Source: Thecamonas trahens ATCC 50062
Lineage: Eukaryota; Protista; Apusomonadida
Reading direction: 5' to 3'
NCBI RefSeq assembly: GCF_000142905.1
Contig: NW_013657636.1
Location: 246,992-310,991 of the forward strand
DNA: 64,000 bases
The number at the start of each line of letters is the position of its first letter. The first letter of the stretch is position 1. The notes under the pieces were generated by a model. It was not told where the DNA came from and made no database searches. It was given only the letters and a program-made list of their open reading frames with translations. Of the stretch, positions 21,244-34,391 are shown piece by piece. Made by a program: the position numbers and the translations under genes.

Positions 21244-24174
21244 CTACTCGGCAGCGACCGGGGCATCGAGATTGAACGGCTCAAACTTCCAGCCATCCGA
21301 GGCTCCAAACTTGGAGAGGAACTCGACCCAGTGGAGGCGGAGAGCGTGGAGGAAGGCCGAGAGCGACTCCATGATCATGAGGATGCCGACGGTGGCGAGA
21401 GCCCAGACGGTAAAGGCGGCAAAGATGAGCGGGGCCGAGCCGGCCTTGAGGCCGCGGAAGAGGACCTGGTCGAGGATGACTTCGGAGAGCTCGGCGTGGG
21501 CAAGGGAGAGGGCCCAGAGGCGGAGGTACGAGGCCGTGTTGGAGACGGTGCCGAGGACGTACTCGATGGTGTGGATGATCTGGTGGATGACGATCTCGCC
21601 CATGTCGTGCCCGTGGCCGTCGCCCTCGGGCTCGGTGCCGTCGGCGGCGGGCGCGAGGAGGGCCTCGGTGGCGCCGCCGTGGCTGTGGCCGGCGCGGCGC
21701 GCGGCGGCCTTCTTGCGCATCCACAGGATGATGGGCTTGGGGAGGAGGAGCCAGGGAATGGCGACGAGGAGGACAAAGACGAGAATGATCTGGACGGCGC
21801 CCTGGCCCGAGTACATCTCATCCTTGGCCGGGACTGAGCCGGCCTTGAGGAACATGTCGATCATGACGGTGAGGATGAGCGGCGGGTCCGGGATGACGGT
21901 GACCCACTTGTAGATGATGAGGATGACCATGTAGCCAAACATGCCGCCGAGGAACAGGACCTCGGGAATGAAGCGCGTCCAGACGTCGATGTAGTTGCCG
22001 TAGTACAGGTGGTTGGTGAGCGAGAGGACGACGCCAAAGAGCATCTGGGTCACGCCGTAGATGATGGCGGTCTTCATCTTGAACGAGTTGTAAAACTGCA
22101 GCTTGTTGGTAGCACCTGCCCAGCCCGGGTCGACGCCAAACGGATAGACGCGGTCCGGGTCGATGAGGTGGGCGTCGCCGTCCGAGGGACGCGACCAGTT
22201 GGAGCCGAAAAAGTCGATCGAGAAGCCGAAGCAGTCGTTGTAGAGGAGGCCGGCGTACATGGCAAAGACGCCCATGGCGAGGATGAGGTAACGGCCGTTG
22301 AAGAGCATGTTGAACATCTCGGGGCGGCCCGGGATGCGGGCGATGCGGCCCTCGTAGGCGACGAGGATGGCGGCAAACATGGTGAGGAGCGCACCGTGGC
22401 CGAGGTCGCCAAACATGACCGCAAAGAGGAAGGGGAAGGTGATGATGGTGAACACACCGGCGTTGGCCTCCTGGTAGCGGGCCATGCCGTACGCGTCCAT
22501 GAGCGCCTGGAAACCGGCGGTGTACTTGTTGGTGACAAAGTACGTCGGCGGCGGCGACGACGTGACCTTGACCTCAAAGAACGACTGGACCGAGGCGCCC
22601 GAGCGGGCGACACCGCGGGCGAGCGCAGCCTCGATCTGGGAGTCGCCCCACACCGGAGCCCACGCCCGCGCCACGAGCGCGCGCGACGACACGTCGCTCT
22701 TCCACAGATTGAGCGCGTGGTAAATGCGCTGCTCGCGGTTGACAATGTCGAGCCAGTCCTCCAGCGAGGCCGCAATGACGCTCAGCACCCGCTCGCGCTG
22801 CTCCGCGGCCGAGTCGAGCGTCAGCTCGAGATCGTCCATCCGCGCCTCCACCTCGACAAGCAGCTGCTGCCGCGCGCTCGCCGTGTCGGGCGTCTCGTAC
22901 AGGTTGGCACCGTACGACTCGCACATCTTGGTGATCTTGGTCCGCAGCCGCGCGCCCTGGAAAAAGACGATAAAGGCAATCTTCGAGACAGGCTCGCCGC
23001 TAGCAGGATCGCTCAGCTCCACCGCCTCGGTGCACTGCCGGAGGATGTGGTTGCCACGCGTCGCCCGCCACAGCAGCCGCTCGAACCGCGCCATCTTGGT
23101 CTGCTCCAGCAGGCCCGAGACGTAGCCAAGCTGGACTGCGCGCGACGACGCCGTGCCGGCCCCTGGCGCAGACTCGCCCAGCCGCCCCCCGGTCCCGAGC
23201 AGCGGCGACGACGCCGACGGGCCGTTGGCGTCAAGCGCCGACGTCTGCGAGACAAAGACGTCGCCGGCTGCGCCAGCGTCGTCAAAGAACACAGAGGTCT
23301 GCGCCAGCAGGCACTGCAGCTCGGTCAGCTCGTTGGCGGCCGAGTCGAGAATCTCCTGGTTCGCGTTAAGCTGCACAAGGCCAGCCTCGAGCTCGACAAA
23401 GTGCTCCTCGAGGTCGTCGAGGTTAGCCCCACCGGCGTCGGCCGGCGCCGCCATCCCTGCACCGGCGCCACCGTATCTACGCCCCCGCCGCGCGCCTTGA
23501 ACCAGCGACGACGCCTCGGTAGCCGCCGCCCCGGCCTCGGTCTTGGGCGCAATGGGCAAGCCTGCCTTCTCCACCTGCTCCTTGAAGAACCTCAGCTTGC
23601 GCTCCAGCTCATCACACCGCTTGACATCGTTGACGTATGACCTCTGGAACGCGTTGAGCTCCGGGTTGAGCTGTAACAGAAGTTGATGGTATTGGAGGGC
23701 GACGTCATGGTGAGTATGGGTTGTCGCAGGGGAAAAAGTCACGTGCCGGTCGGACGGGGGAGGGGTGTGACAAGGGTGGGGCTAGTGTGAGGGGTAGGGA
23801 TGGGTCAGGACCACGCAAAGTTGGTAGTGGTGTAGTGGGTGGTGGGTGGTATATATATATATATGTGTGTGTGTCGTGTGGGGGGGGGGGTATGGGTACA
23901 GCGGTGGGGGAAGAGGGGGGACGGGGGGGAGGGGGGAGGGTGTGTGGCCGTGACGTACATCGACAAACTGGACGACACCAGTCCGTCCCAGCTCCTCCAC
24001 TGTAGCATGGGCGGCCTCGGCCTGCACAACCATTTCAATGAGGTGCATCTGTGTGTGGGGGGAGGGGGGAGGGGGAAAGAGCGCATGTGAGTATGGGGTG
24101 TGTGTGGTGGGGGGGGAGGGGAAGGGGGGGGGGGTGGCTGTCCGTACCTCCTCACTGCGGAAGAGGCTCCCCAT
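21244..24174 (-). CDS. VPH1: V-type H+-ATPase V0 subunit a
   Basis: Exons are 24174-24148 (MGSLFRSEE), 24048-23959 and 23670-21244. Motifs are LNPELNAFQR, PPTYF, FPFLFAVMFGDLGHG, SNTASYLRLWALSLAH and LRLHWVEF. Confidence 0.97.
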
Positions 24175-24344
24175 GGTTGGGTGGTTGTAGTCGAGAGTGG
24201 TGGTCAATGACCATTAATTGATGGTGGTGTTGACGGAGCTGGAAGGGCAGGGCAAGGCATGGCATCGTCGCAGTTGGGCGTGATCAGTGGAAGACCATGG
24301 CTTTACAGTGGTATGGCATATCGGGGAGGGGGGAGGGGGGTACG

Positions 24345-25571
24345 CTAAGCATCGTCTGGGAAGGCGACGACCGAGTTGTAATGCTCGCCAAGGGAGAGCT
24401 CGTGGAGATGGTAGGAGAGACGGAGCGGGTCGCCGGCCTTGTCCTCGCCCATGACGATAGTCTCCTGGGCGTTGTAGATGTGGATGGGCCGGTTGACGAC
24501 TGCGGTGAGGGCAGCGAGCTCGAGCTGGCCACCCCAAGCCGGCGTGGTCTCCATGCGGACGCAGTAGGCCTCAAATTGGTCGTCGGTCATGGTTGAGCCG
24601 GCGGCGTTCATCATGAACGGCGCATACTCGTCACGGTTGGCACGGATGTGGTCAACGACCTGCTTGCGGAGGGCCATGACCTCGGACGCCGGCTCGCCAA
24701 GCTGGTGCAGCGTTGCGGCAAACATGCAGTGGCCGTCCGGCACAATCGAGACGATCCGCAGCCGCTGCGGGAGGAGCCGGTCGGCAATTGCCGCGGCTTC
24801 CTTTTGGCGCTTCGTCTCGCCAAGCGCGTCGACTGCAGCCTGTGCCTCGGCCCGCCGCTTGGCAACCTCGGCCGCCTTGCGCTCCTTCTTCAGCTGGCTC
24901 TTCGACTTGCGCCCGACCGTGATGCGGAAGCCGGTCCCGGCGTCGGCAGCCATGGCGGCCGCGGCCTCGCTTCCGTCGGCTCCGCTGCTCGCCGCCGCGC
25001 CCGAGGCGCCCTCGCCGCTGTTGTCCGGATGCGCCGCCAGCTCGGCTGCGTGCCGCGCCTCCATCTCGGCCTCGGCCTTGGCCTTCTCGACCTGCAGCTC
25101 GCGCTTGAGGGCCTTCTTCTTCTTGGCCGCCTTGATCTTGGTGTCAAACTCCTTGATCATCGTCCGCATCTCGTGCGCGTGGCGCTTCTTCATGCTCCCC
25201 AGCGACTCGCTTGTCGTCTTGTTCTCCTCCGCGGCCGGCGCCGGCGCCGGCGCCGGTACCGCCTCCTCGGCCTCTGCCGACGCCGCTGCGTCCGGTGCTG
25301 CCGCCTCCGCCTCCGACTCGGCCTCTGCCTCTGCTTCTGCCGGGGCCTCCCCAACGTCCCCGCCCTCGTTGCCGGCCTCGATGGCCGCGAGCTCAGCCTC
25401 ATGCCGAGCCAGCATCTCGGCCTTCTTCTGCTCGTGCTCCTGGATCAGCTCGGCCTTGCGCTTCTTGTCGCGAGCCTTCTTGGCCTTGGCAATGAGCGCC
25501 TTCATCTGCTTGTCCAGCGCCTGGACCTCCTTGTACTGACGCGACCGTGCCGCAGTCTTGGACTCGGGCAT
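24345..25571 (-). CDS. OTUD6B: OTU-domain deubiquitinase (OTUD6B/Otu2-like)
   Basis: Motifs are PDGHCMF, WGGQLEL.AL and LSYHLH..LGEHYNSV, with an N-terminal RH.E..EL/KKK module. Confidence 0.9.
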   Translation of the reverse strand: MPESKTAARSRQYKEVQALDKQMKALIAKAKKARDKKRKAELIQEHEQKKAEMLARHEAELAAIEAGNEGGDVGEAPAEAEAEAESEAEAAAPDAAASAEAEEAVPAPAPAPAAEENKTTSESLGSMKKRHAHEMRTMIKEFDTKIKAAKKKKALKRELQVEKAKAEAEMEARHAAELAAHPDNSGEGASGAAASSGADGSEAAAAMAADAGTGFRITVGRKSKSQLKKERKAAEVAKRRAEAQAAVDALGETKRQKEAAAIADRLLPQRLRIVSIVPDGHCMFAATLHQLGEPASEVMALRKQVVDHIRANRDEYAPFMMNAAGSTMTDDQFEAYCVRMETTPAWGGQLELAALTAVVNRPIHIYNAQETIVMGEDKAGDPLRLSYHLHELSLGEHYNSVVAFPDDA

Positions 25572-25914
25572 GACCTCTCTCACTCGTTCCTCCTCCCTAC
25601 AACCTGGATGCGCGTGCGCGTGCGGTGCTGGTGTTGGTGGAGTCATGCCGCCGTCCCTACCCCTTCTGTGCTCCACCCAACTCGAAACGGCGGATGGCAG
25701 CCGATCAGCTGCAATTCAACTCGCCGACGCAAAGCCAGCCGACGCAAGAGCCAGGCGACGTCGAGCCAGGCGACGAAGATCCGACCTTTGCACCCAGCGG
25801 GAAACACGCCAACTGCAGCCACACCAACGAAGACTACCACGCTAGCAATTACCACCGCATCCTATGCCTCCCGGACTCGATCACACACACGGACTCGATC
25901 ACACTCGTTCTTCA

Positions 25915-25915
<1 letters not shown>

Positions 25916-25981
<66 letters not shown>

Positions 25982-25982
25982 C
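25916..25982. repeat. (CA)n microsatellite
   Basis: Directly visible. Confidence 0.95.
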
Positions 25983-26518
25983 TGCTGAAACAGCCCACCA
26001 CCATTCCCCAGCGACTACATGTATGTAGTCAATAGTCAACTGCACTGCCCACCACGAGAGAAAAAAAAACCCCATGCAGAACCCAATCCATCGTTCCACT
26101 TCAAAACAAATCGTGACGCTCACGAAGCGTGCACACTGTGCCCGACGCTTTTTCGAGTGAACGGCGAGAGCGACTGGCACCTGTTTCTTGTGAACTCGAC
26201 GGTGCGTTTTGCCACGCTCTTCCTCCTTCTGGTGACGACGACCACAGCCCTTCCCCCCCCCCCCCCCCCTTACTACCCTCACCGCAACGCCCACCCCCAC
26301 CCTACCCCCCTCCCCACCCCTACCCCCACCCCACCCCTCCAATCCCTGCTTGTCACCGACCGAACCCTCCTCCCACACACCACACAACACCGCCCCCCTC
26401 CCCCTCCCTCTCCCTGCACCTGACGTTTTCGTGTGATGGCGAAATGCCCTGCTCTCGGCCGTCACCTTTTATTTTTCGGGCGAAACGCTCTCCACCAGCT
26501 ACCCCTGCCCCTACCCCC

Positions 26519-27011
26519 NNNNNNNNNNNNNNNNNNNNNNNNNNNNNNNNNNNNNNNNNNNNNNNNNNNNNNNNNNNNNNNNNNNNNNNNNNNNNNNNNN
26601 NNNNNNNNNNNNNNNNNNNNNNNNNNNNNNNNNNNNNNNNNNNNNNNNNNNNNNNNNNNNNNNNNNNNNNNNNNNNNNNNNNNNNNNNNNNNNNNNNNNN
26701 NNNNNNNNNNNNNNNNNNNNNNNNNNNNNNNNNNNNNNNNNNNNNNNNNNNNNNNNNNNNNNNNNNNNNNNNNNNNNNNNNNNNNNNNNNNNNNNNNNNN
26801 NNNNNNNNNNNNNNNNNNNNNNNNNNNNNNNNNNNNNNNNNNNNNNNNNNNNNNNNNNNNNNNNNNNNNNNNNNNNNNNNNNNNNNNNNNNNNNNNNNNN
26901 NNNNNNNNNNNNNNNNNNNNNNNNNNNNNNNNNNNNNNNNNNNNNNNNNNNNNNNNNNNNNNNNNNNNNNNNNNNNNNNNNNNNNNNNNNNNNNNNNNNN
27001 NNNNNNNNNNN
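26519..27011. other. Assembly gap
   Basis: Ns in the sequence. Confidence 0.99.
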
Positions 27012-27046
27012 CCCCCTCCCCCCCGCGCGCTGCTTGTGGTTGATAG

Positions 27047-30000
27047 ATGTCATCGCGTCGGTCCAGGACCAAGAAGAACAAGGATGCCGAAGAGGCTGAA
27101 GAGTCCGCTGCGCGGGTGTGGGTGCCTGACGCAACGAGCGGTTACGTGCTAGCGGACCTGATCGAACCCAAAGAGGTGAGCGGGCTGAAGAGCGCGAGCG
27201 TGGCAAAGGTCAACGTCCTCGGCCAGGAGAAGGAGCTCGGAGCGGACGAGGTGTTTGCGGCGAATGGGCACCGGTTTTCACGGGTGCCGGACAACGCGCA
27301 GCTGGGCCACCTCTCCGAGGCCACCGTCCTGCACAACCTCAAGGAGCGGTACGCGTCCGACTCGATCTACACGTACTCGGGCCTGTTCTGCGTGGTGATC
27401 AACCCGTACAAGCTGCTCCCGATCTACACGCCCGACGTGGTGCAGGCGTACAAGGGCAAGCGGCGCGAGGAGATGGAGCCGCACGTCTTTGCGGTCGCGG
27501 ACGAGGCGTACCGGGCCATGATGGGCGAGCACAAGAACCAGTCGATGCTCATCACCGGCGAGTCTGGTGCAGGCAAGACGGTCAACACCAAAAGGTCATC
27601 CAGTACCTAGCGTTCATTGCCGGGCGGCAGACGGCAGACGGCTCGCGAGGAGAGCTCGAGGAGCAGCTCGTCCAGGCCAACCCCATTCTAGAGGCGTTTG
27701 GCAACGCCAAGACCATCCGCAACGACAACTCGTCGCGTTTTGGCAAGTTTGTCGAAATCCAGTTTACCAAAGACGGGCTCATTGCCGGCGGCACCATCAC
27801 CTCGTATCTGCTGGAAAAGTCCCGCGTGGTCTTCCAGGCCGAAAACGAGCGCAACTACCACATCTTTTACCAGCTCCTGGCCTCGGGCGACGCCGAGCTC
27901 CTCGACACGCTCAAGATGCAGTCGGTGAACGACTTCCGCTGGCTCTCGGCCGACTACGCCCATGTGGAGGGCATGGACGACGCCGCCGAGTACCGCATTC
28001 TCGAGGCGGCGTGGGAGACCATGGGCGTCTCGCGCGAGCAGGTGCTCCTCACCTACCGCGTCGCGGCCGCCATCATGCACCTTGGCAACGCCACCTTTAC
28101 CGAGTCGCGGCGCTCCGAGGATGCGCAGGCCGATGACGCCTGCCGCGCCGCCCTCGACACGGCGTCGGAGCTCCTGGGCCTCCCGGCCGGCGCGCTTGCC
28201 AAGGCCATCCTCAAGCCGCGCCTCAAGGCCGGCCTCGAGTGGGTCAACAAGTCGCGGACTGCCGCCCAGGCTATGCATGTCGTCGAGGCTCTCGCCAAGT
28301 CGCTTTACGACCGGCTCTTTGCCTGGATCGTCGACCGCATCAACGTCTCGCTCCTCAACCGCCACAAACGCGAGCTTTTTATCGGTGTCCTCGACATTTC
28401 CGGCTTTGAGATCTTTGAGGTCAACTCGCTCGAGCAGCTCTGCATCAACTACACCAACGAGAAGCTGCAGCAGCTCTTCAACAACCACATGTTCAAGCTC
28501 GAGCAGGAAGAGTACCTCCGCGAGGGCATCGAGTGGGACATGGTCGACTTTGGCCTCGACCTCGAGCCGACCATCGAGCTAATCGAGTCGTCGTCGTCGC
28601 CCGTCGGCATTCTTGCGCTCCTCAACGAGGAGTGCACCTTCCCCAAGGCGAGTGACGAGACCTTTGTCGAGAAGCTCGTGGCCAACCTCTCGGGCGCTGT
28701 CCCGTTTGCCGTCCCCAAGTTCTCCAAGACCAAGTTTTCAGTCGCCCACTACGCTGGCACTGTCGAGTACTCGGCCGACGAGTGGCTGGAGAAGAACCGC
28801 GACAAGCTCGACGACCCCATCACTGTTGTCATGCAGGACTCGTCCATCGAGTTTGTGGGCGACCTTTTTGCCGACCTTCATCCCGACCGCGAGGGCGCAC
28901 GCTCAGTCAAGCGCGGCAAGAAGGCGCGTGCCCGGCCCACCATTGCTGCCAACCACAAGTCGCAGCTCCTTGCCCTCATGACCACCCTCCGCTCCACCAC
29001 GCCGCACTTTATCCGCTGCATCAAGCCCAACGAAGAGAAGCGTCCGGGTCACATCGATGCCCACATGGTGCTCGACCAGCTGCGGTGCAACGGGGTGCTC
29101 GAGGGCATCCGCATCTGCCGCAAGGGCTTCCCCAACCGCGTGCCCTTTGCCGAGTTCCGCGACCGCTACAAGATCCTCGCCCCGGGCAAGGTCCCCGACT
29201 CGATGCTCGACTCGAAGAAGGCATGCACCATCATCATTGAGCACGTCGGCATGGAGGCCTCGCAGTACCGTATCGGTCACACCAAGGTCTTCTTCAAGGC
29301 TGGCCGCCTGCCTGAGCTCGAGGAGCTCCGCGACCGCATCCTCTCCAAGATGCTTGTCAAGATCCAGGGTGTCATCCGCGGCCACCTCGCCCGCAAGCAG
29401 TACCAGATCACCCTCACCACATCTCGCGCCACGGCCCTTGTCCAGCAGTCGATTCGCTCGTTCATCAAGGCCCGCGACTGGGGCTGGTGGCAGCTCTTTG
29501 CCAAGATCCGGCCCATGCTTAAGCACCAGGACATCGAGGCCGAGATGGCCGAGAAGGAGGCCGCCGTCAAGGAGGCCGAGCGCAAGCTGAAGGACTCGGA
29601 GGCCAAGGCGCAGACGCTCTCCGCTGAGCTCGCCGACGCCGCCATCAAGCTCGACGACGCCCGCGAAAAGTTCAAGCGCGAGAAGGATGCGCTCCGCGAC
29701 AACTACGAGGCCCAGCTTGAGGATCTCTCGCACAAGAACGCGCAGCTTGTCGACGCCCGCGCCACCGACCGCGCCGCCGCCGCCGCCCAGCTCCAGCTCG
29801 CCCGCGACGACGCTGCCGCCAAGATCGCTGCCGCCAAGGACGCCGCAGCCCGCGCCGCCGACGATGCCAGCCGTGCCCGTGACCAGGCCGCCGCCGATGC
29901 TCTCGCCCTCGAGCAGCAGCTACGCGCCCAGGCCAAGGCCGACGTGGACGCCGCCAACAAGGCTGCTACTGCCGCCGCCGACGCCGTTGCCCGCAAGCAC

Positions 30001-33000
30001 GACACTGCTCTCCGTGAGCTCTCGGCTCGCCTCGAGAAGGCCAAGGCCGACGCCGCCCGCTCGTCGGCAGCCTCGACTGAGGCCTCGGCCGAGATCGACA
30101 CGCTCCGTGCCAAGCTCCGCGATGCCAACGCGCTCATCGCCAAGCTCGAAGCCGACCTCGACGACACAGCCACCAAGCTGTCGTCGGCCGACTCGGCGCG
30201 CGCCGCGCTCGCCACCCAGGTCTCTTCGCTCGAGTCGCAGCTGACCGCCGAGTCGTCGGCCAAACTCGCCATGGAGCAGGCCAAGCTCTTGTTGGAGACC
30301 CAAGCTGCCGACCTCGCTGCCCAGCTTGATGGCGCCAAGTCGTCGCTGGCGACCGCCGACGCCAAGAACAAGTCGCTCCTCGCCGAGCTTAGTGAGGCGC
30401 AGGATGATCTCGCGCTCGCCACCCGCAAGGCGCTTGACGCCGAAAAGACGACCAAGAAGCTCAAGAAGGAGCTGGCCGAGGTCCAGGCGGCTGCCACTGC
30501 AGCTGCCTCGGACGCCGCCCGCTCCAAGCGTGCTGCGTCCAAGGCGGCGCGTGAGGCCCGCGCCGCCAAGGCCAGCGCGCCGGCCGCCGAGTCGGCTGCT
30601 CCGGCCCGGGCCCGTGTCGGTGCCGGTGCCGGGTCCGGCGACACCAACGCCACGCTCAAGATCAACAACCTCAAGCTTGCCCACGACGCGACGCTCCGCC
30701 GGCTCGACGCCGCGCAGGACCAGATCGAGGCGCTCTCTGCCGAGATTGACAGTGCGCGGGCCGAGACCCGCGACGCTCTCAACGATGCAGCGGCGGCCGA
30801 GAACGCCAAGGCGGTGCTTGTGGTCGAGCTTGCCGAGGAGGAGGCACTGGTCGACGGGCTCCGCGCCGAGCTCGAAGGCGTACGCGCCGAGCTCGACGCG
30901 GCGCGCGCCGCCGCCACCGACGCCGACGCGCACACCGAGGCCATTGTCGCCCGCAAGGCTAAGCGGTGGCAGATCTCGCTGGAGCAGACTCGCGAACAGC
31001 TCGAGGACGCGCTGACCGACAAGGCCGTCGCCGAAGCTGCGCTCGATGCCGAGAAGCGGGCGCACTCGGAGACCAAGGCCGAGCTGCAAGAGCTGATGGT
31101 GGCGTCGTCGACGGCAACGAGCTCGGTCTCGGGCCTCCGCCGCGAGCTGGCGCCGCCAAGGAGGCGGCCGAGGCGCTGTCGCGCGAGCGCGACGCGGCAC
31201 GGGCAGCGGCCGCAGAGGCCTCCGCTGCGCTCGGCACGACTCGTGAGAAGCTCGCGCTCGACACAGTTGCTGCGTCGGAGAACAACCGGCTGACATCGTC
31301 GCTTCAGGCCGACATCGAGCTGTACAAGAGCCAGATCGCCGATGCTGCTGCGGCGTATGCCGAGCTCGAGGCTGCACTTCACGCGGCAGAGGAGTCTGTG
31401 TTTGACGCCGAGGCCCGGGCCGACGAGGAAGAGACCGAGGCGGCTGCGCTGCGCGAGGAGAACATGCAGCTGCTGGAGGACATTGCGATGCTCAAGGGCT
31501 CGAGCGCGGCGTCGAGCTCGGCGCTGGTGGCACAGCAGGAGGCTATCATCGAGGGCATCAACAAGGAGCTCGACATTCTCCGCGAGCAGCTCGATGACGA
31601 GCAGCGCAAGGTGATGGCGGCGGAACGCGCGCGGCGGACGCTCAAGACCAAGGCTGACGAGGCCGAGGACGCGCTGCTCACGGCACAGAGCTCGCTGGCG
31701 TCGGCGACCGAGTTGCGCACGGCGCTCGAGGCCGAGCTCCGATCGCTCCGCGCGTCAGCGGATGCGGCCGAGGAGCGGGCGGTGGCTGCGCAGGTCGAGC
31801 TCAAGGGAGCACAGACGCAGATTGCCGAGCTGGAGAGCCAGCTCAAGGCTGCCCGCGATGCGACGGCGGAGCAGGTGCGGGCACGCAAGGACGCACAGGC
31901 GGCGCTCAAGGACGCCAATGGCGAGCTCGACGAGCAGATTGCCATCACCGAGTCGGTGGAGCGGTCGAAGCGGCTGCTGCAGGAGGAGATCAACCAGGTG
32001 AAGGAGGAGCTCGACGACGCGCGCGAAGAGCGGGCCAAGGTCGAGTCGTCGCGGACCGAGCTGCAGGGCAAGATTGCCGAGCTGCAGGCCGAGCTGGCGC
32101 AGCGCGACAACTCGAAGGAGGTCGAACTCGCGTCGCAGCTCCGCGACGCCAAGGCGCAGCACGCGCGGCTGCAGCTTGTGGTCTCGTCGCAGGAAGGCTC
32201 GGCCAACATGCTGCAAAAGTCAGTGAGTAAGGCTGAGAGTGCAAGCAAGGCAGCGCGCGATGCGCAGGCGGCTGCCGAGGCCAAGGCGCGCGCGGCGAGC
32301 AAGGCGGCGACCAAGGCTGCGGCCGAGACTGCAGCGCTGCAGGCCGAGGCGACGGCCAAGGCCAAGGCGGTCAAGGTGGCCGAGCGACAGAAGGCGTCGC
32401 TGGTGACCGAGCTCAATGAGCTCAAGGCCCGGTACGAGGTGCTCTCGCGGACAAAGCGGTCTGTCGAGTCGTCCAAGACTGCGCTGGAGAACCAGCTTGA
32501 GGACTTGCGCGACGCGCTGGCCGTTGAGGTGCAGGCCAAGACCAAGGAGCTTGCGGCGCGGCGGGCGGCCGAGGAAGAGATTGCGCGACTCTGCGAGGAG
32601 GCTGACTCCGGCTCGCGGGTGGAGGAGATGCTGGACGAGCTGCGGCGCGAGCATATTCTGGAGCTCGCCGCCGAGCGCAAGAAGCTCGAGGCTGAGGCTG
32701 CGGCGCAGATCGAGGTTGTGGCCAAGGCAAAGCGCGAGGCGCGAGCGCAGGCCGACGAGCTCCGCGAAGGACTCGACGAGGCTCGCAACGGAGCCACCAT
32801 TCTCTCGAAGCAGGTCGAGCGGTCAAGCTCGGAGCTCAAGGCGGCGCGGGCCAAGATTGAGACGCTCAAGAAGGAGGTCTCGCGGAGCGAGGTGGCGCTC
32901 CGCGAACTTCGCATGCGCAACAAGGAGCTGACGAACGAGGCCGTGTCTTCGCGGACGATGCTCGACAACACGGTGGCGGACAAGCGGGCGCTGATGCTTC

Positions 33001-34337
33001 AGGTCAACGACCTGGCGTCGCGGGCCGAGAATGCCGAGCGCGAGGCGGCGGCGGCGCAGCTCTCGGGTGCACGACTGCAGACCGAGCTCGAGGCGTTGCA
33101 GGACGAGTACGACGAGTTGGCGGCGTCGGTGGACGAGGTGACCGAGCGGGCGGCGCTGGTGGCGCAGGAGCGCGACGCGCTCGCTGAGCGGCTGGCCGAG
33201 GAGGAGACTGAGCGGCTGGCGTGGGCGTCGACCAAGGACGAGCTGGAGGCCAAGTGGGAGGCCGAGCAGGCGGCGCTCGATGATCGGATTGAGGAGCTGC
33301 TGGAAGACCTCGACGAGGAGCGGAGCCGGGCGTCCAAGGACGCGCGGATCGCCAACGAGCGGCTGGACGCGGCGGAAGCGCGGGCGCTCTCGCTCGAGTC
33401 GGAGCTCCGCGCGGCTGTCATTGAGCTCGAAGACACCCGGCTGGCGGCAACCCGCGCCGAGACGCTGGCGGCGACAGCGACCAAGGCGGCGAACAAGGCC
33501 GAGAGCGAGGCCAAGATCCTCGCTGCCTCGCTGCAGCTCGCGGAAGAGGCTGCAGCCAAGGCGAACGAGGCGGCGCGCGGAGCCGAGGGCGCCAGGGAGG
33601 ACGCGCTTGGGCAGCTCGAGTCTGCGCGCAAGACCGCGGCCGACACGACGGCGGCGCTCGAGTCACGGGCTGACCAGATGAGCCTTCTGCAGCACGAGCT
33701 GGCGGCGGAGCGTGCGGCGCTCTCTGAGCTGCATTCGATGGCGGTCGACCTCGAGACCGAGGTCGACACGCTCCGCGGCAAGGTAGCCGAGGCCGAGGAC
33801 GCTGCCGAGGCAGCCGAGGCGGCGCGGGTGGACCTGGAAGCGCAGGTCGAGACGCTCCATGTCGAGCTCACGGCGCTCGACGCGTCGAACGCTGCACTGG
33901 AGAAGGCGCGCATGGAGACTGCGCGCCAGAACCGCGACCTCAACGCACGGGTCGAGCGCGCGGCTGGCCTCGGCCGGTCCGCGCTTGCAGGCTCGGTCAA
34001 GCGGCTGGAGGCCAAGATCGAGAGCCTTGAGGCGAGCGTGGCCTCACTCAAGGCCGACAAGCTTGCGCAGCAGAAGCGGGCCAAGAAGGCAGAGAAGGAG
34101 CAGAAGCGGGCCGAGGCCCGCGGGCGCGAGCTTGAGAAGAAGCTCGCCGCCAAGGACAAGATCGTCGCCGAGAAGGAGCGACGCATTGTCCAGGGCCGTG
34201 ACGACCTCTCGCAGCTTGTCCGCGAGAACTCAAAGCTCTCGATGGAGGTCAAGAAGCTCAAGTCGCAGACTTCGGAGCTCCGCGAGAACGTCATGGTCCT
34301 GCAGCACACTCAGCAGCGCGGACTAGTGGAGGCGTAG
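27047..34337 (+). CDS. Myosin class II heavy chain (two apparent 1-nt deletions, ~27591 and ~31150)
   Basis: The N-terminus is SH3-like (VWVPD). Motor motifs are [49 protein letters not shown] and [19 protein letters not shown]. The class-II neck [12 protein letters not shown] precedes a long heptad tail. Confidence 0.93.
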
Positions 34338-34391
34338 ATGCGCGCGGATAGTAAATGACACACGTTTTACAGCAGCCAAGCATGACGAGCG

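Noticed and set aside
28900-34310. Long antisense Ser/Arg/Ala-rich ORFs over myosin and other coiled-coil genes
   Set aside because: These are shadow ORFs expected from high GC and biased codon usage, with no motifs.
27047-34337. Calling the frame-broken genes pseudogenes
   Set aside because: Catalytic motifs are intact and there are no in-frame stops after single-base correction.
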